Source of the DNA: Polaromonas sp. | GTDB taxonomy: Bacteria; Pseudomonadota; Gammaproteobacteria; Burkholderiales; Burkholderiaceae_C | Length of the DNA: 64,000 nt | Assembly: GCA_021153985.1 (NCBI GenBank) | Contig: JAJKJM010000047.1 | Span: 52,403-116,402, forward strand | Direction: 5' to 3' | Shown: positions 60,782-64,000 of the stretch, one piece after another | Layout of the letters: every line of letters begins with the position of its first letter | How positions within the stretch are numbered: position 1 is the stretch's first letter | Translations under genes and position numbers: made by a program | Notes under the pieces: generated by a model | What the model saw: the letters and a program-made list of their open reading frames with translations, nothing else | What the model was told of the DNA's origin: nothing | Databases searched by the model: none

Positions 60782-62210
60782 AGCGAATCCCCTCAACTCG
60801 GCCTCCGCCTGGCTCAATCAGCGTGAACCCCGGTCCATGGGGCTGGGGCGAAGCCATCTGTTCACGGCCGTCGAGGCTGGCCTCGACCCGCTGGTGCTGG
60901 TGTTTTCCTTGTGGGCGCTGGCTTTTTACTATGAAGGCTCGGTGCGGCCCGCTTACCTCATCTTGTCCGTCATCGTGTTTTCGTTGACGTTTCCGGGCAG
61001 TTCCCAGCTTCGCCTGCCGATCTGGAAGGTGCTGTTCAAGATCGCCTTTCACTGGATATGGATCGCAGGCTTGCTGTTGCTGACGGGGTACGTGACGGAG
61101 TACTTCCACAAGTTTTCCATGGCCGTTTTGGTCCACTGGCTGTGGGTGGCGCCCCTGGCCCAGATCGGTGCGCACCTGGCCCTCAGGGCCACGGCGCCGC
61201 AGTTGCTGAAACTGCAGGGGCCGCCGCGCGGCGCGGTGATTGTCGGCATGAACGAGCAGGGAGTCTCTCTGGCGGGACACATCGCCGGCTCGACCTATTC
61301 GGGCATTGACCTGAAAGGGTTTTTCGACGACCGCGGAGAAGAGCGCAGGACGGCACAGGACGGGCAAGACGGGCACCGGCTGGTCGGAAGGATTGACGAC
61401 CTCCCGGCTTACGTCAAGCAGCACCGTATTCAGTTCATTTACCTGTCGTTGCCCATGGCCTCCCGCCCGCGCATTCTGCAGGTGCTTGATGGGCTCAAAG
61501 ACACCACTGCTTCGATTTATTTTGTTCCCGACATGTTCATCACCGACCTGATCCAGGGGCGCAGCGATACGGTGTGCGGCGTCACGGTGATCTCGGTGTG
61601 CGACACACCTTTTCGCGGCGTCAACGGCGTGCTCAAGCGCGCCAGCGACATCGTGCTGTCGCTGCTGATCCTGCTGCTGATCTTTCCCATCATGGCGGTC
61701 ATCGCGGTGCTGGTGAAGCTGGACTCGCCCGGCCCGGTCATTTTCAAGCAGCGCCGCTATGGCCTGGATGGGGAAGAGATCCTGGTCTACAAGTTCCGCT
61801 CCATGGCCGTGACGGAAGACGGCGGCACGATCCGCCAGGCCAGCAAGAACGACATGCGCGTGACCCGCCTGGGCGCCATCCTGCGCAAGACCTCACTCGA
61901 CGAACTGCCGCAGTTCATCAACGTGCTGCAGGGCCGCATGAGCATCGTCGGGCCGCGCCCGCATGCCGTGGCCCACAACGAGATGTACCGCTCCCTCATC
62001 AAGGGCTACATGGTGCGGCACAAGGTCCGGCCCGGCATCACGGGCTGGGCGCAAGTCAACGGCCAGCGCGGCGAAACCGACACGCTGGACAAGATGCAGT
62101 CACGCATCGATTGCGACCTGGACTACCTGCGCAACTGGTCGCTGCAGCTCGATTTTTTCATCATCCTGAAAACCATCCGTCTGGTCTTCAAGGATGGTGC
62201 GGCTTATTGA
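60774..62210 (+). CDS. Undecaprenyl-phosphate glucose phosphotransferase (EpsB/WcaJ-like)
   Basis: KRASDI, FKQRRYG, KFRSM, SLDELPQF, VGPRP, PGITGWAQ. Confidence 0.92.
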   Translation: MAEANPLNSASAWLNQREPRSMGLGRSHLFTAVEAGLDPLVLVFSLWALAFYYEGSVRPAYLILSVIVFSLTFPGSSQLRLPIWKVLFKIAFHWIWIAGLLLLTGYVTEYFHKFSMAVLVHWLWVAPLAQIGAHLALRATAPQLLKLQGPPRGAVIVGMNEQGVSLAGHIAGSTYSGIDLKGFFDDRGEERRTAQDGQDGHRLVGRIDDLPAYVKQHRIQFIYLSLPMASRPRILQVLDGLKDTTASIYFVPDMFITDLIQGRSDTVCGVTVISVCDTPFRGVNGVLKRASDIVLSLLILLLIFPIMAVIAVLVKLDSPGPVIFKQRRYGLDGEEILVYKFRSMAVTEDGGTIRQASKNDMRVTRLGAILRKTSLDELPQFINVLQGRMSIVGPRPHAVAHNEMYRSLIKGYMVRHKVRPGITGWAQVNGQRGETDTLDKMQSRIDCDLDYLRNWSLQLDFFIILKTIRLVFKDGAAY

Positions 62211-62260
62211 AGTCGTGAGTTCGTGAAGTTCGTGAAGTTCGTGAAGTTTTTGAAGTTCGT
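62208..62260. repeat. 9-bp tandem repeat (TGAAGTTCG)n, about 6 imperfect units
   Basis: Read directly from the sequence after the wcaJ-like stop. Confidence 0.8.
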
Positions 62261-62471
62261 TGAGAAGCCAGTTGAAACCGGAAAAACCAAAAACAATGAA
62301 AGGAAAAAGGGCGCGGACCTGCCAATCCCAGGCAATAGGGAAAAAGGACCATCGCCTCATCACCATGAAGCCGCTATCTCCATTGAATTTTCCCGCGCCC
62401 GCCGCGCCCTGCGGCCACCGGGGGCAGTTCCCGATGTGCTGTTTTGCCGTCTCCGGTGCGGAGGGCTCCCA

Positions 62472-63686
62472 ATGAGTCCCCATCGCCTACTCCTTCCAAA
62501 GCTCCTTCCTGTCCCGCTCCTGATGCTGGGACTGTTTCCCCTTGCCGCGCAGGCTGACGACCTGGACACGCTGCAGTTCAGGGCGGGTCAAAGCGTGACG
62601 CACGACAGCAACGTCTTCCGGCTGCCTGACAGCGCCAACGCGCAGGCCTTGATAGGAACGCCAGACCGCGATGACACTGTGGCGGTGACGACGGCGGGCT
62701 TCAAGATCAACAAGCCCTATGGGCTGCAGCGCTTCGAGTTCGACGCCAATGTGGAAGACCATCGCTACAGCCGGTTTTCGTACCTGGATTTCACGGCGGT
62801 GAATTACGCGGCGGCCTGGCGCTGGAGCTTTACGCCGGCGTTGCATGGCAACCTGACAAGCGACAGGCGCGAATACGTCGACACCTACGCCGATGTGCAG
62901 GGGACGGGACAGATCAACCGCCGGACGAACCGCTCCACCATTTTTGATGCGGAATACGAACTCGATGGCGCCTGGCGCCTGGTGGGCGGCCTGTTCGAGC
63001 GGACCACTTCCAACAGCCAGCCCAACACCTTCGAAGCAGATTCGAAAGTCCACGGTGGCGAGGCGGGCGTGCGCTATGTCTATCCCTCCGGCACGTCGAT
63101 AGCCTACCGGTTCAGGGACGGCAAGGGCGAATACCCGGGCCGGGTGCTGTCGCCGGTGTCCGCCGGCAACTTCACCGACCGTGAGCATGAGTTCCGTTTT
63201 GACTGGGCGCCGAGCGCCAAGACAACGCTGCGGGCCAAGGCCGCCTACTTCGACCGCTCGCACGACGGCTTGGGAACGCGCGATTTTTCGGGCGTGACAG
63301 GCCAGCTTGATGCGGCCTGGGCTATCACCCCCAAGACCAGCCTCGCGGGTGGCGCGGTGCGTGAGCTCGCCAGCTACCAGACCACCACCGCCAGCTATTA
63401 CGAGGGTTGGCGCGTATTCGTGGCCCCGACCTGGAAGCCTACCGAGAAAACCGCGGTGCGCCTGCGTTACGACCATGGCGCGCGCGACTTCAAAGGCCCG
63501 CTGCCGGGCTTTGCCGCCAGCGGCCGCCGCGACACCACCAACCTGCTGTCCCTGGCAGTCGAATGGCAGGCCCTGCGTGCGCTCAAGCTGAGCGCAATGG
63601 TTCAGAGCGACAGGCGTAAATCCAATGAGCCGGGGTTTGACTACAAGAGCAATTCGTTTGGCGTGGCAGCCGACGCGAGCTTTTGA
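62472..63686 (+). CDS. Outer-membrane beta-barrel, EpsL-like polysaccharide biosynthesis protein
   Basis: Signal peptide AQA|D, HDSNVFRL, alternating beta strands, terminal Phe. Confidence 0.78.
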   Translation: MSPHRLLLPKLLPVPLLMLGLFPLAAQADDLDTLQFRAGQSVTHDSNVFRLPDSANAQALIGTPDRDDTVAVTTAGFKINKPYGLQRFEFDANVEDHRYSRFSYLDFTAVNYAAAWRWSFTPALHGNLTSDRREYVDTYADVQGTGQINRRTNRSTIFDAEYELDGAWRLVGGLFERTTSNSQPNTFEADSKVHGGEAGVRYVYPSGTSIAYRFRDGKGEYPGRVLSPVSAGNFTDREHEFRFDWAPSAKTTLRAKAAYFDRSHDGLGTRDFSGVTGQLDAAWAITPKTSLAGGAVRELASYQTTTASYYEGWRVFVAPTWKPTEKTAVRLRYDHGARDFKGPLPGFAASGRRDTTNLLSLAVEWQALRALKLSAMVQSDRRKSNEPGFDYKSNSFGVAADASF

Positions 63687-63745
63687 TGAAAGCCTCCCAT
63701 GACCGGTCCTTTCCTGATATTTCTGCTTCCCCGAAAGGCGACAAG

Positions 63746-64000
63746 ATGAAACCGCTACTTTTGAAATTTGTGACCCGCTACTTTTTGACGGCCGCGCTGT
63801 GCGCGTCGGCCGCGCCGCTGTTTGCCCAGACGGCTTCATCCCTGTCTCAACCCGCTGCCCAACCCACGTCTCAATCCGCACCACAAGCCCAGCCTTCGCC
63901 TGCGCCGCTGCAGGCCGCGGCAACAACCTCACCGGTGGCGCCCGCTTCGGTGGCCGCTGCGCCTGTTGTGCCGAACAGCCAGGATTACCGGCTGGGCGCC
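63746..64000 (+). CDS. Polysaccharide export protein (Wza/EpsE-like), 5' partial
   Basis: ATG at 63746, signal peptide, P/A/Q linker, ends DYRLGA (start of Poly_export domain). Confidence 0.7.
   Translation, partial: MKPLLLKFVTRYFLTAALCASAAPLFAQTASSLSQPAAQPTSQSAPQAQPSPAPLQAAATTSPVAPASVAAAPVVPNSQDYRLGA

Noticed and set aside
62223-62471. N-terminal MKFVKFVKF extension of EpsL
   Set aside because: Derived from the 9-bp tandem repeat; the signal peptide begins at ATG 62472

Overview
GC-rich betaproteobacterial chromosome segment (Comamonadaceae, Polaromonas-like by gene content and repeat families). The AT-richer left end carries an ABC-ATPase + TOPRIM/DUF4435 pair resembling the PARIS anti-phage system. 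Next come glnS with a ~270-bp MITE-like element just upstream, three tandem DUF3455 lipoproteins, uppP, and a MASE1-PAS membrane protein coupled to a Cys-nucleophile esterase/SnoaL/ACBP fusion. Further right are a cupin-SDR-IclR unit, a quinate/shikimate-protocatechuate operon, an apparently incomplete L-galactose/L-galactonate-type sugar cluster, gcvTHP with a tandem glycine riboswitch, TRAP + denD, two membrane-anchored TAXI paralogues, and the start of an XrtB/PEP-CTERM-type EPS locus. Non-coding structure includes many REP/REPIN hairpins and a ~60-bp fixed-spacing motif found six times, twice inside coding sequence. No rRNA, tRNA or CRISPR was seen. All calls come from reading motifs by eye; no searches were run.
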